64,000 bases of DNA from Octopus vulgaris (Eukaryota), in assembly GCA_951406725.2 (NCBI GenBank), contig OX597825.1, positions 74,524,001-74,588,000 of the forward strand. The letters are read 5' to 3'. This document shows, in pieces, positions 1-13,804 of the stretch; the stretch's first letter is position 1; each line of letters opens with the position of its first letter. The position numbers and the translations under genes were made by a program. The notes under the pieces are model-generated. The model ran no database searches. It worked only from the letters and a program-made list of their open reading frames with translations, and was not told the origin of the DNA.

Positions 1-463
1 AACGATGATGATAACCACGATGATGATTCCCGCAACGAAAATGATCATTAAGATGATCATCATGACGACTACGACGACAAATCTGATGATGACGATGACG
101 ATGACGATGACGATGATGGCAATGACGGTGGTGGTGGTGGTGGTGGTGGTGGTGGTGTGGTAGACGTGGTAGTGATCGTGATGATGAGGACGATCCAGGT
201 CAACCCTGAAACAGGATAATTTTGATGCAATAGCCCTTTCAACCGTATTTTTTTTTCAACAGATACAGACACAAGCTAAAGACACAAACCATTCAAGAAA
301 ATTACTCAGAGACGCCATTAGCAGTTGTTAAGCAGTGCCAAACACTTAATACAGGGCACACAAGAAATCTTGTTAGAAACATTAATGCTGTGAAAATAGA
401 AAAACATTAGCTCAACGACTAATATTGTTTTTAACCATCGTATTTAAGTCGACCTTCTCCTAT

Positions 464-649
464 ACTCTTTTACTCTTTTACTCTTTACTCTTTTACTTGT
501 TTCAGTCATTTGACAGCGGCCATGCTGGAGCACCGCCTTTAGTCGAGCAAATCGACCCCGGGACTTATTCTTTGTAAGCCCAGTACTTATTATATCGGTC
601 TCTTTTGCCGAACCGCTAAGTGACGGGGACGTAAACACAGACACACAAT

Positions 650-687
<38 letters not shown>

Positions 688-867
688 CATATATACATAT
701 ATGCGACAGGCTTCTTTCAGTTTCCGTCTACCAAATCCACTCACAAGGTATTGGTCGGCCCGGGGGCTATAGCAGAAGACACTTGCCCAAGATGTCACGC
801 AGTGTGACTGAACCCGCAACCATGTGGTTGGTTAGCAAGCTACTTACCACACAGCCACGCCTGCGCC
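464..867 (-). mobile_element. tRNA-derived SINE, family A (internal CA/TA microsatellite, (AAAGAGT)n tail)
   Basis: Minus strand reads GGCGCAGGCGTGGCTGTGTGG (A-box) ... GGGTTCAGTC (B-box-like), then CTTGGGCAAGTG. Very similar to copies at 5944, 16234, 24949, 57801 and 58759. Confidence 0.9.
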
Positions 868-1313
868 TACGTATAAATCATTTTATTTTTAATTACGATG
901 GCGTGAATAATTGCTTATTTCCAATTTTTCAGCATCAGGACTAACAACAATGGCTGTAAATATGTTGATCAAAAAACACGCCAGGAGTTAGGCAGATAAC
1001 ATTGTCGTCTGCTCGAACTAGTGAGTCTGACAACTTCCAATGTTTCTGCTTCCTTAATCTTCGTCAGTGGTACTTAGCTATTATTTCTAAGATAGAAATA
1101 CAATATAGAAACTTATTCGATGGTTCATTGAACACGTATGCGTTCACAATTACTTCGTATGCCGTGTTAGTGACTTAGATGTTCTAAGAGTTCCATAGTT
1201 ATTATTTTTTTTTTGTGTGATATTATTTTCATAAAATCTAAGCGTTTCATTTAAAATTGAGTTCCCCGTCCCCGCTGTTCATTGATTATTTGGATTCGCA
1301 TTTATAACTTATA

Positions 1314-1317
<4 letters not shown>

Positions 1318-1396
<79 letters not shown>

Positions 1397-1638
1397 CATA
1401 TATATACAGATATATATATAAATATATATATATATAAAATATATATATATATACACACATACATATATATACATATATATATATATATATACATACATAT
1501 ATATATACATATATATATATGTATGTATGTGTATATACATATATATATATATATATATATGTATAAATATACCCCCCTCTCACACACATACACATATATA
1601 TATATACATATATATGTATATATATGTATGTATGTACA
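1318..1638. repeat. (TA)n/(TACA)n compound microsatellite
   Basis: Seen directly. Representative of dozens of such arrays across the window. Confidence 0.95.
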
Positions 1639-4519
1639 TTTGATTTTCTTACTGATGTTATGTTATTGATCATACATGATGTTTGTATGCGTTCCAGGGA
1701 TTTTAGTCATTTTTTTGTTGTTGCTGTTCTTCTTATTATTGTTGTTGGTGCTGCTGCTGATTGTTGTACTTGATGTTGTTCTTAGTATTGTTCTTTTGTT
1801 TTCGCTTTTTGTTTTTTTTTTAAACAGTCATGCTGAAAGACATTACAAAGGATAGAAATTTTTCTTTGTTGTTTGATGCGGTAGTCAATATATTCTGCAA
1901 TCACATTATCTGGGCTAGTGTTTCAATGAGATTAGATGCTAATGTACTGTGTCTGTCTGCGGCAATGTTGTATATCACTCACAGATAACCTGTCCTGATC
2001 ATACCAAACCGTCCTTAATGTGCTGTAATTATAGCAAGGACATCATTGCTTATTCGTGTTCACTGGCCAATATCCAGCCTAAATATGATGCAATTATCGC
2101 GAGTGCATTGATATTAATGCATTTATGTGCATGGACACATTCCAGCTGATATAATGAGATAATTTTGGCAAAGCAGGATAATATAGTTAATATTTATTCA
2201 AAAGAAGGACGGTCGGTGGCAGAACTTGGTAGAGCGCTAGAGAAACTGTCACTGAAGGTAGCTCTGCCGCAATATGTTACGAATTTCCGTCCTTCCATAA
2301 TCAGTTCAATTTGTCATCCTGCTGGGATCAATAACATAAAGTACCTGTTAAACACTAGGCTCAGTTTAATTTATCATGATCTTCATTGAAACTTGTTGCT
2401 TATCCCTTGTTAGGGTTTAGCATTTATTAAGGAGATGGATAGAGAAGTGTGGATGGGATTTCAGGTTTAACCAAGAGATATACAGGTTCGTTTATGCTCG
2501 TGTTTTTATTTTATTTTTCTGTTTGGCTCCTATTGTAAAATATCACCATCTAACTATATCTTTTATCCGTTACGTCTTTCAGCCATTGAAGTGCGGCCAT
2601 GTTTCTTTCAGAATCAACACCCAAAGCTTTGGTCGACTCGGGGCTATAGGAAAAGACACCCAAAGTGCCAGGTAGTTAGGAAGGAAACTTAACGAGCAGA
2701 CGACCGACAATCAAAGGTATTCTTGAAATTACTGGAGGTATGTCTGAGGGGGACATTAAGCCAGTGTGTAATTTCTTAGATTTCTGATATTAGGATACGA
2801 TTTTAGAAAGATTTGGCTATTATTTCTAGCAGGGGCGACTTCCAATAGAAAGTATTTCGTTAGTATTATATATGAAGTGGATATTGTTTGGCCCTGATCG
2901 CGCACTTCTATGTTCAAAGATATTCCAAGTATTGGCATCCGATCTGTTATGAGTATATATCAGGACGCGTTACCGAATGCATCTTTTTCCTTACTAATTG
3001 GAACCACTCACTCGTAAGTAATGTGAAATTTCAGAGAGACGACAAAGATCTGACGGAGATGAGAAGACTATACATGAGCAACGTTATATTTCTGGCGTAT
3101 TTCACAAGTTCTTGCTATATATTTATCTGCTATTCATCTATTTTTAATAGTGTTAGGGATGTTGGGGGCTATTTATGGTCATGGTTATATTTTCTGTATC
3201 TGTAGATCTAGATCTATAATAGATTTAATTCTAATATCAATGGACCCATGCGAATCACAAGACTTTTTAATACGGATCTAGGTTTGTACCAAGAATAATT
3301 TCATATGTTTGCGTAAGCTCTTACTCTTGGTAAGAGTACTGATTTTCTTTTCTTTTTTCATATTACTGTGTTGTTACTTTCGAATAATTTATACATCAAA
3401 TATTAAAAGAATTTAGTTTGTGATGATTTACTAAACCATGTGAAGATGGGTTTAACCAAATCTATTACGAAGAAGCCACTTACTCTGATATTTTTGCGCC
3501 GCAAGACACTTTCTAACAAAGCTATGAAACCTACTCGGTTGTAACATCTTATTACAAAATGTCCAAAAGAGAAGGATAAGCACCTTGAAGTTTTATCAAG
3601 GACCCTTAGAGATTTTTGAAATCCTTTAGCGTTATACAAGAAACAAAAGCCAAAGAAGAAACAGTTTATCGTATATCATAATTAACTGCAAGTTGTGGTA
3701 AAAAGTCGTAGCTTAGATAATACTTTCTATCAAAGAATTTATCATAATTGTTATGCACAAAGATCCAAATGTTATAAAAGCATTAATCGTTCGAGATAAC
3801 ATAGTAAAGTGACACATTGATGAAATATTGGTTGGAAATAAGCTTACGGTTATTCTCACCAATTTCTGCGTAGGTTGATGAGATATTCACTGTAGATAAT
3901 AATACTCTATTAATAACACATGTTCGGTGTTTTAATGAAAACAGTTCTTTGAAAGAAGAAATGATATTCGCTTTAACTCTTATAAACAGGTACAAAAGGA
4001 TTATTATTTTCTGCTGTGAAATTATAGTTTGCAAAACATGATATACTCTTGAACAATATTGTTGTTAGATTGAGTGCCATCGGTAGTTCATACACTAATG
4101 AAGCAGCGTCAGTAATGCGTGTGTCAATGGAACGCTATTAATGACAAGTCGGTAACAAACTTTTGTTGTGTATTTATAGTAAGAACTCCCCAGTGTTTCA
4201 TGCTTTCATTATTTTGTATGAAATCATCTGCGAAAAACATATTTTAGTACAAGCCCTCATTGATTACCAAGTATAATAATTATGGCGATAAACAAAATCG
4301 AATCGAATGCTATAAATTGGTGAGATGCTTCGACAGTGCGCCAGGATCATAATGAAGAATTTAATACAGTGCAACTACAAATGTTTGCTGACTCTCAAAT
4401 GGTGCATCTTTGAAACATTTTGTCAAATCACGAGCATATCGTAGTGTCATATAATCGTTTCTAAAACAGGTACAAAGCAAGAAATTTGAGACAAGAGTTT
4501 TTGCCGATTAAATTTACTC

Positions 4520-5343
4520 TAGTGCAAGTTTGGTGCTTTATTATATGAAGTGCAGAATTGACAACACTAGCGATTACGACAAATGCAGAATCTGTCGTGA
4601 GAGGGGTGAAACGGTATGGTACATCATTAGTGAATGCCCGAATTTGGCACAACGCGAATACAAAAGACGCCATGACAATGTGGCAAGAATGATCCATTGG
4701 GAGCTCTGTGAAATACCCTATACTTGCCCAAAACCACAAGCTGTGGCAAACGACCAGATAGCGAAAGTGCTACATTGGAGAATGTGCGCAAAGTGGGAGC
4801 TAGAGAGAGGCAAGACATCCTATGAACACAAACCGCAGGGGGTGGTATAGTAGAGGACTAGCAAAATCCTCTAGGATTTTCCAATCCAAACAGATCAGCT
4901 GCTACAAGATAACAGACCGAACCTAGTGGTGGTGGATAAGTTGCTCTACATATGCTATATAGTTTATATTGCATGCACCTTTGACCCACGAATAATCAAG
5001 AAAGGAGGTGAAAAGACAGATACATACAACCCTCTTAAGTATGAAATAGACCAGCTATGGAAAATGAAGAAGGTGAATATAGTGCCAATTATTGTTGGTT
5101 CCTTGGGGACAGTATCAGAAAGCATCAAGAAGAATATAAAGGAAATTGGAATAGAGTGTCCAGTAGAACTGTTACAAAAGGTTTCCCTCCTTAGCATGAC
5201 CAGAAGAATCAGGAAAGTATTAGATAGCTGAAAAGAGCGGATGACATGGTACCGTAGGCTGCATGTAGTAAGGCCGCTACGCAGGCAAGACGCCAGGAGC
5301 TCCAACAAAACCTATGATAAAGAAAAATAATAATGATGATAAT
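4520..5343 (+). mobile_element. 5'-truncated R4/Dong-clade non-LTR retrotransposon (zinc motif plus restriction-like endonuclease), with stops
   Basis: ORFs 4530-4850 and 4926-5231 give CRICRERGETVWYIISECPNLAQREYKRRHDNVARMIHWELC and VNIVPIIVGSLGTV...LLQKVSLLSMTRRIRKVLDS, typical of the R4 C-terminus. A short 3' UTR ends in a (TAA/TGA)n tail at ~5325-5343. Confidence 0.88.
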
Positions 5344-5756
5344 TTCTGATTTACTTATGAGGCAAGCAATTTTAAAGCGAGTGTTAGTCATTTAATAGCC
5401 ACTAGTACTTCATTTTATCGATTCCGGAGGAACGAAAGGCAATTTTCACACCGGCAAGATCTGAACTAAAAGCCGGAACAAATAACTAGCGCAAAGCACC
5501 ATATTCGCCGCTCTAATGACGCTACCGATCCAACGCTCTTAAACAATTAATACAGTATCAATGGATTTGGATTCTGTCGGCAATAAAACTGATAATGCAT
5601 GGTGTGCATTTTCAAGAAGCTTAATGAAATTAATTTGTAGCTCCAAGGAGCCAATACAACACTTACGAGTCGCAAAGACATCTCGTTATTCTTCGAGAAA
5701 GCATGTTTTATTTTCCATTAGTTTGCAGTATTGCCATCAATTAAATGAATGGTGTA

Positions 5757-5783
5757 ACTGCTGATGAGGGTGAAAGGTCCAGT
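5757..5783 (+). ncRNA. candidate minimal type I hammerhead ribozyme
   Basis: ACTG-CTGATGA-GGGT-GAAA-GG-TC-CAGT. Core intact, 4-bp stem I (ACTG/CAGT), rudimentary stems II and III. Confidence 0.4.
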
Positions 5784-5943
5784 AATCACTTCAATCAATT
5801 TGAATTAGACATGGAAAAACGATTTAGTAATATTTTGAATTGAAAGGGATATGACTGGGTATTGAAACTTTTTATTTCAAATGCTAACAATGTTATTGCT
5901 ATTTGACGTTAAACATGAAAAAAGCAAATCTAATTTCAACAGT

Positions 5944-6356
5944 GGCGCAGGAGTGGCTGTGTGGTAAGTAGCTTGCTAACCAACCACATGGTTCCGGGTT
6001 CAGTCCGACTGCGTGGCATCTTGGGCAAGTGTCTTCTGCTATAGTCCCGGGCCGACCAATGCCTTGTGAGTGGATTTGGTAGACGGAAACTGAAAGAAGC
6101 CTGTCATATATATATATAAGTGTGTGTGTATATGTTTGTGTGTCTGTGTTTGTCCCCCTATCATTGCTTGACAACCGATGCTGGTGTGTTCACGTCCCCG
6201 TCACTTAGTGGTTCGGCAAAAGAGACCGATAGAATAAGTACTGGGCTTACAAAGAATAAGTCCCGGGGTCGATTTGCTCGACTAAAGGCGGTGCTCCAGT
6301 ATGGCCGCAGTCAAATGACTGAAACAAGTAAAAGAGTAAAAGAGAGTAAAGAGAGT
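5944..6356 (+). mobile_element. tRNA-derived SINE family A, full length
   Basis: GGCGCAGGAGTGGCTGTGTGGTAAG...GGGTTCAGTCC head, TA/TG core, AAAAGAGT tail repeats. Confidence 0.92.
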
Positions 6357-7749
6357 GGTGATTTGTAAAATTCATGAAGAAGTAATACAAATCTCTGCTT
6401 TATATCCATCTGTGTAAAAGTATCTAGCTTACTGCTACCTTTGCCTGCTTCATTATTTGCCTGCTTCATTATTCAGGTTGAAGTATTGAAAATCACAATG
6501 AAAGTAAACACAGAAATTGCCCGAAAATCAGTGAAAATGAAAGCAGATAAAGAATCGCTATTTTCTTAGCATCAGATCCTAAGATTATATTAGGTAAAAG
6601 ACAATTTCAGTTCATCTTCTTGATTTATGCAGGGAATTTGAAGTAATTTCAATTTTTTTTTTTCTTGTTGTGTATGTAGTTTATTTTCTCAGTTGAAATA
6701 TGAGTGAGCGATGCTAAAATTTTACCACCCAGCAAGTTAGACAGCTGGGCGTTTTGTATTGAGATTGACGAGCACTGATGTACATTTTTACTTGTTACTC
6801 GTGTCAATTATGGTTTTTTGTATTTGCAGAATGAGATTTTTCCTAATCATCTGAGGTTTGGAGTAACAGTTCTCAGGTGTAGAACAACCGCATCAGCAGT
6901 GAACAAAGTATGAGAACCATCTTAAATTAAATATAGATAATGAAAACGAGCTTTGGCAACTAATCAGAGTTGATTTGTTTTTCTTGGACTCGAAATAAAA
7001 CCCTGGTTCTTTGATGTAGTATTGCCTATGCTATATATATAATGCCAACGTGTGAGATGATCAGAGATTACAACATTCAGCATATATATTGAGTTTGTTT
7101 TGTAAAAACTAAGGCGATGTAGGGTGAGGCAAATGCCTATACTTCGTTGCAAATACATTGACTTTCATTGATATTTCCATTGGATTACTTGTTATCAATG
7201 CAAACTCACAACAAATTCATCGGAATCCGGATTTTATCTGTTTTCTTTATGTTTGCAATAATTCCTGACCATTGGTAGTACTTAAGGAAACTAAGTTGTC
7301 ATTTCTCTAATTAGAGACATGTGTTGATGATCTCGATTGAAATAAAGGAGCACATATCTGGTGTTGGGTACCTCAGTTCCTACTTCATTGATGACACCTG
7401 TATACCTGAGCGTTTCGTTAAAGACAACTGAATATCTATTATGAATATATATCAGACTAAAATAATGTGGCTTGGGAAAGAGTCAAGGGATTGAGAAATC
7501 TTTGAAGCTAGGAAACTTATTTAGAAAAAGTTTCACTCCCGGCATGGTCAAAAGTTTTTCCCAAAAGTTTGGCAAGTGAAAAGCAAGCTCAAATGCTAAT
7601 CGGCTTTGGTTATGATCTCTGTATTTCGTCAAGAATCCTATTTTTAACAGAAATGATATACATTAAAATAGATAAATGCCAGTCAAATACTGGCGTTGAT
7701 GAATTCGATGTTTCCCTAAACCTCGAAATATAGCCTCGTGCCTCAGTTT

Positions 7750-8600
7750 GATACTGCGATTTATCGTTTGGGTACCGTTAAAAGGAATAACAAAGAAGTG
7801 TATGTAGTCTCATTTATCACTGATTCATTAATCAATGATCCGGGATCACACGATGCACTTAGTTGTGAAATATGCAACGCTTATCAGAGATTGATCTGTC
7901 ATAATACGAATCGGTCTTCAGTCGATGATTCGCAAAAACGCCACCCAGCAAACAACCACAATGTTCAGCTTTTCAGAAAGCACTAGCAATCGCTTCTGTT
8001 CACATGACCGAACCGCAAGACCACGTATTTTTGCTATATAGATGTACGTATCCGTAGCCATCAACATGGAATCACTGAACTCGCAACCATAACCATGGGA
8101 ACAGAAAACAACTAGGCAAGCGCTTAACAAACGACGCAGATGTGTATATTTTTCTACCGTAAAAGGTAGAGATGGTCAGGAAACTACATGATGATGAAAG
8201 CTTCGCTACTCTGGCCTCCGATTTTGGTGTCAAGGGATCTATCATTCATTCAATTTACAAATTACGTGGAAAGGATTCATTTCTCGATGATTCCTTTATC
8301 ACTGTTTATTTCTTAAAACTAAATCCCTGAGACAAACGATAATAGATGTACCAGAATGCTTTAACGAACTGATCCCGGTCACTAAGACATCGTTAAAAAT
8401 CCATATTTTATAGTCGTCGAAAACTGTTTGATTTATACAATTAATCCAAAGTTGTGCGTCCTGAAATTGAAACGGTTTACTATAACATAACGATTTGACC
8501 AGGAACAATTTATATTCAATAAAAGTATTGTTAAATAGTATGAATAGCAATGATAATTAACGAGATAAAAGATTAACAGTAGACATCGCAAGATGAGAAA
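7750..8600 (-). pseudogene. highly degraded gypsy-like pol (RT/RNase H) remnant
   Basis: Minus-strand peptide fragments in pol order: IFNDVLVTGISSLKH (YxDD-like), IDPLTPKSEA, FLTISTFYGR, MATD, LVLSEKL, IMTDQSL. Many stops and frameshifts. Confidence 0.4.
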
Positions 8601-9659
8601 TACTTGATGCGTTCATGTCCTTTCCATTAATAGTAAAACTATTATACGCCTCATCGTTTAGTTTACACTTTATCTTCCCCCAAGGATACAAGAATAATTC
8701 AGTACAACAGTTTGTTAAGTGGCCTTAAATAATAAACGTTCTGATATAATGAAAATACATTAATCTGAGTAGTCAAATAACACGAATAGGATTTCACATT
8801 TGATTGAGCTTCAGACAAACAATTTTTTTTTTTTTTTATGATGAGTGATCGAGTTATTCATTTTATAATGGAGGCAATTATTAAATAGATTTGTATAACT
8901 GTAGACATATCTTTCTACTTTTGTTTTTATACGGCAGTTAATTCCATTTCAGTTTATTCGTTACAACTGAATATCATTCCTAGTTTGTGGATGACTTAAG
9001 TGCTATGATATGACACTTAACACGCTGCCCGATTTTTCCCACTACCTCATTGAAGAAAGTAAAAATTTCCAACCTTTATACGGTTGTTCGACCTTCAAGA
9101 ATTAGGAGCCAAATTTCCCCGGATACTCATCCTGTGATGCTGGAAGTTTGAACACATTAGATAACGTAGTCCATAACACACTGTCTCTGAAATTGACGTG
9201 ATGCCCATGGCTGACACGCCTTTGATAATGGATCTGATCTATCAGAGCTCAGTTGGGATTAACCAAGAACACAGAGTATATGGTTGTATTTAACAATTCA
9301 ATTCTGTTGCAAATATTCGAACCAAACCTCAAATTTCCATTTCAATCAGGTACTTTCCTACAGATGTTCATATATATCATTTGTATCTATTTCACTGGTT
9401 TTACTTAACTCTAATCCAAGAACCAAAACCAGTTTTCTTCTCCATACACCCCGACGAATGCCAAATCCTGACACACCTCTTCATAAATGAATTTAGCAAA
9501 CCCACAAATAAATTTCACCCTTTTGGCGTGCAAGTTCCTGATAGGCACTCCAATACAAAGGAAGCCAAAGGGAGAAGTCAAACCAATACAGACCACCTCT
9601 TCTCAGAGGCAGAAGTGATTTTGAGCAGGGACACTACTCTTAATTAGAGAAAAGAAAGG

Positions 9660-9960
9660 TCACGGAACCATCGACAATTCAAAACTAAGACCTGGGAGAC
9701 GAAGGATTTGCTTCAGAGAACGTATGACGCGGTGTAACAAAATCTGAAAGGAAACCAACGGACCGCATTAAACGTCAAGCCCTGCCCTGGAAATTACAAG
9801 GGAGGTGAAAGAGGCGACGTCCTAAAAATAGCTGGATGCAAGATACTGAGGTGGGGTTGAAAAAGTATGGATACAACCGAAGAGAAACAGAAAATATAGC
9901 CTATATTCGAGAGAAAAAAAATCGTCGATGACCTATGTTCAATAGGAAGCGAAGGGTTTT
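9660..9960 (+). mobile_element. RTE-clade LINE 3' remnant
   Basis: Translates IKRQALPWKLQGR*KRRRPKNSWMQDTEVGLKKYGY...VDDLCSIGSEG, matching the RTE ORF C-terminal pattern (ALxWxPxGKRKRGRPKxxW). Confidence 0.7.
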
Positions 9961-11461
9961 CATGCGAACATTTGTCACGAACATTGCCTTACTTCGTTCT
10001 TTGATTAGCGCTGAAAAATATTTCTCTCGTAACATTCTACATTATCTCACTCCCGCAATACTTTCTTATTATCCTTTCACAAAAGCTGTAAATGTATTTT
10101 TGTGAAAGGTCATTGTGAAAACTCACATCATATGCCCAGCCAACTCGTTTGAACCTATAAGCGAGTAAAAAACAAAGTATCATTTGAACAATCAGTAATT
10201 TAGTTACTAATGGTAGAGTGTGCAAAATAAAGGTCACTGACGTGAAGTATGTTGAAGTTAGTCAGTATTAAAATAAACTTTATGTAGAGAAGTGTTTATT
10301 TTCCTGCTGTGTAATTTATTCTTAGTTCAGAAACAACACTTCATTCATACACGCTAACATGGACACAATTTAATGATATTTATTGTTGTGTACGGTATTT
10401 GAATCTTTTTCAGTTTCATAAAAGAAAAAAACGTAGGATCGTTTCCCTTTAGTGAAGTTGATTACAGTATCGATAGAGCGTCGAGCAATATACCATGTGA
10501 TTATTTACCTTCATCCTTCACGTTCTCAATTCAAATGCTACCGAGGTGGCTAATGTTTTTCATCAATGGTAGAGTGGGGGATGAAATACGTATCGGACAA
10601 GTAGTAAGGATTGATTTATTTGACTCTATCATAATTGGGGCGTTTTATATGAGAAATTATTTAAAATTTTCTTTCATTTCTTGTTTTTTTTATGAAAGTT
10701 GTTAATCTGAATTCTCAGATTCTTGATCAGAAGTGATGAGAATTTGGAAGACAGAATTATTATAGTTCCAATTATAAAAACAAAAAATAAAAGAATAGCT
10801 AATAATTTACAATTATTAATTCTAATGCGAAAAAAGGTCAATTTAATTATAAAAAGAAGGGAAGAACTGTCCATACAAAACAATGGTAACATCAAAGAAT
10901 CAAAGAATTTAACTGTAAGACATTGGCCTACATTATCTGAACCGCCCATCACTGAAAGAGGTTTTCTTTGGCAATTCCATATTGGAAAAATTGACGAAAG
11001 AATTTAACATTCAGATTCCTTTAGGTTTGTTTCAGCATAGTTATTGTTGCTATTCTCATGGTTGTTGTTGTTACTGTTGATGATGATGATGATGATGATG
11101 ATGGAGGAGGAGGAGGAGGAGGAGGAGGAGGAAGAGGAGGAGGAGGAGGTTTGGGGTTCGTGTTCTCGTTGTTCGTTGCTAACGTCTAATGTTTATTTTC
11201 GGGCAAACCTGAACGAGCAGACCCATTGTCAGAGACATTCTAAACACGAACAAGTAGCTTACCGAAACGTCCCCTTCGTCATATTAATACGATGGAATGC
11301 TATTTGCGGGAATATTGCGGCTATTTCTAGCAAGTATCCTTACTATGTGTTGTCCAATTTTGTTGATTCTTCAGATAGAAATAACACTACCTAACACATG
11401 GCTATAACACCAGGCCAAAATAAGAGCCTTGATGTGGTCACTCTTGCAACTTGATTTAGTA

Positions 11462-11965
11462 ACGTAAAGCCTTGAGTATAGTCCGCCCTTGAGTATAATA
11501 CGCAGGAGATTTTTAGAGGGATGTACCTCTGAAAAACCTAAACCTTATGTATAATACGCACTCCTTCTCTAACTTGAGTCAAGGACGTCTATATAAGGTC
11601 CTTGGTTTGTAAAAATGTATACAGTAACGTCCTTTATTATTATTGCATATATAACATATTGCAAACGTGTAGCTTTTTTGTGCATTTTGTTTGCAGAAAA
11701 TAAAGAAATAACAGTAATAACGCTTAATAAATGTTGCTTACTGCAAGTTATGGATGATTCTTTTATGACTTCATTGCTTTCAGGCTTTGCTTAAGGTATT
11801 TTCGCGCCCGACATCACAAAATGCGTTTGAATAAACATTGCCGGACAGCAAATAGACATTGCTTAGAAAATAATTTTCATTTTTAACCTCGCACATAGTA
11901 TGCACTAGGAATTTTGACTTTTAAATTTTAGGGAACAAATCCGGATTATAATCGAGGATTTACGG
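11462..11965. mobile_element. non-autonomous Tc1/mariner-superfamily (pogo/Tc2-like) MITE
   Basis: Imperfect ~24-bp TIRs: ACGTAAAGCCTTGAGTATAGTCCG versus the reverse complement of the right end, CCGTAAATCCTCGATTATAATCCG. TA on both flanks (11460-61, 11966-67). No ORF. Confidence 0.8.
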
Positions 11966-12485
11966 TAGGCAAAGCCCCAAAATCACACTGTGCTTCTTTA
12001 TATGCAGACATGACATCTATAATAATAAAGGTGAAATTCTGTTTGACCATCTGGGACCCTTGTATCTCAGTCCACATTTACTCAACATAGATGTGTTATG
12101 CATTTTTGGAATCAGGAAGATGCTGGGATTAAAAATCTGCCTTTCATTTGGTTCTTGAACATTCGGCATTATCAGTGCGGCTTTTAAGCTAGTATTAGAT
12201 AACGTATGTCGGTGTGGACATAAGATAACTCTGCCACCATTTTTTACTGGTTTCATTCGTTAAATTGTTGCAAAGCTGGATGTGTTACAAGTTTTTCATA
12301 TTGATCCCAGTATTTATTTCCGTCTGTAACTTATTCGATAGACGCATATTCATCCAGTCGTTAGGTTCTGTGTGATGTTTTTACACATCATTTGGCTGTT
12401 TTACACCGGTAACCATGATCACAGACATAGATACACAGATACACAAATATTCATACATGCGTGTCTGTATATGTATGTATATATA

Positions 12486-12531
<46 letters not shown>

Positions 12532-12533
12532 CT

Positions 12534-12573
<40 letters not shown>

Positions 12574-12593
12574 TATACATATATATACATGTA

Positions 12594-12627
<34 letters not shown>

Positions 12628-12755
12628 CATACATACATATATGACTGTACATGTGTGTGTCAGTATATATGTATATAGATAGATAGAAAGATAGACACGT
12701 ATGTACACACACACATACGTACGTACGTACGTACATACATACATACATACATACA

Positions 12756-12787
<32 letters not shown>

Positions 12788-12859
12788 CGCATACATATTT
12801 ATATATACGCAATAGGTTTCTGCGCAGTTGCCTCGCACAACGTGACAAGACAATAAACA

Positions 12860-13420
12860 CATTGCGCAATTCACGTAAGTGAAATAAATTTAATATATTA
12901 TTCAGGAATCATGTAAAAATCTACTCGTTCCTCAAATCATGTGGCTGCACGACCATAAAATGCTTCAACACAAAAGCAATGGAACTGAAGGCAGCTGTAG
13001 TCGCCAAAACACTAAATTACGTTTCTTGAATACAATATGTGTGAGCAACTGCATCTGATAATTGGCCACTCTTACTGAAACTAAACTGAAACTAAATTGC
13101 ATTACTATGAAAGTACTTTTAAAACCCAGTTGCCCCAGCATATGACCTCATTCAAATACCATCTCACCATAAACACTTCTTCGATCCCGGAGTGTATTTG
13201 TCGAATGTGTACTGGCCTTGTAAGGCGCATATCGGACAGTGGTATGACTTATAGAAATATATCAAAGCGATATACTTCATGTTTGACAAAGAAATATATC
13301 ATAAACTACCCCAACACATAACGAACACAGAGACAGATCAAATGTCAACTGCTAGGCACAAAATTGTTGCTATCTCGAAGGAAGCGAACAAAGCACTGAT
13401 GACATCATATGTATTACGTG
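12860..13420 (+). pseudogene. Penelope-like element GIY-YIG endonuclease remnant
   Basis: Fragments KFNILFRNHVKIYS, ESTFKTQLPQHMTSFK, YRNISKRYTSCLTKKYII and DQMSTARHK match the PLE GIY-YIG C-terminal pattern (YSNISKRCxLCLxEK...STCRHK). Followed by CTGATGA at 13398 and a TA array. Confidence 0.7.
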
Positions 13421-13543
13421 ACCAGCCAGAATGCTATTTTGCCATCGGCAACTACAATATATGTCTCCTGACGATCGCAGTCACTGAATTACTGAATTGC
13501 TGCACACTAGAGTGTAACCATTAGTAAGAGCCATTAGTATCGG

Positions 13544-13615
<72 letters not shown>

Positions 13616-13632
13616 TGTTGTGTGTATGTATA

Positions 13633-13702
<70 letters not shown>

Positions 13703-13804
13703 AATGTATGTGCATATGTATGCATGTATATATATATATGTGGATATATATGTATACGCATATATGCACACACACGCAAACACACGCACACATACACACA
13801 CACA

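Noticed and set aside
444-698. Recurrent ORF FTSPSLSGSAKETDRISTGLTKNKSRGRFARLKAVLQHGR (also 6120 and 16174)
   Set aside because: It is the body of SINE family A read in frame, not a gene family.
1035-1072. Minus-strand CTGACGA...GAAAC
   Set aside because: No stem II or stem I pairing, and no UH at the expected position.
5944-6015. tRNA-like sequences (also 29914 and 56185)
   Set aside because: They have A/B boxes but no complete cloverleaf, and they continue into SINE bodies.
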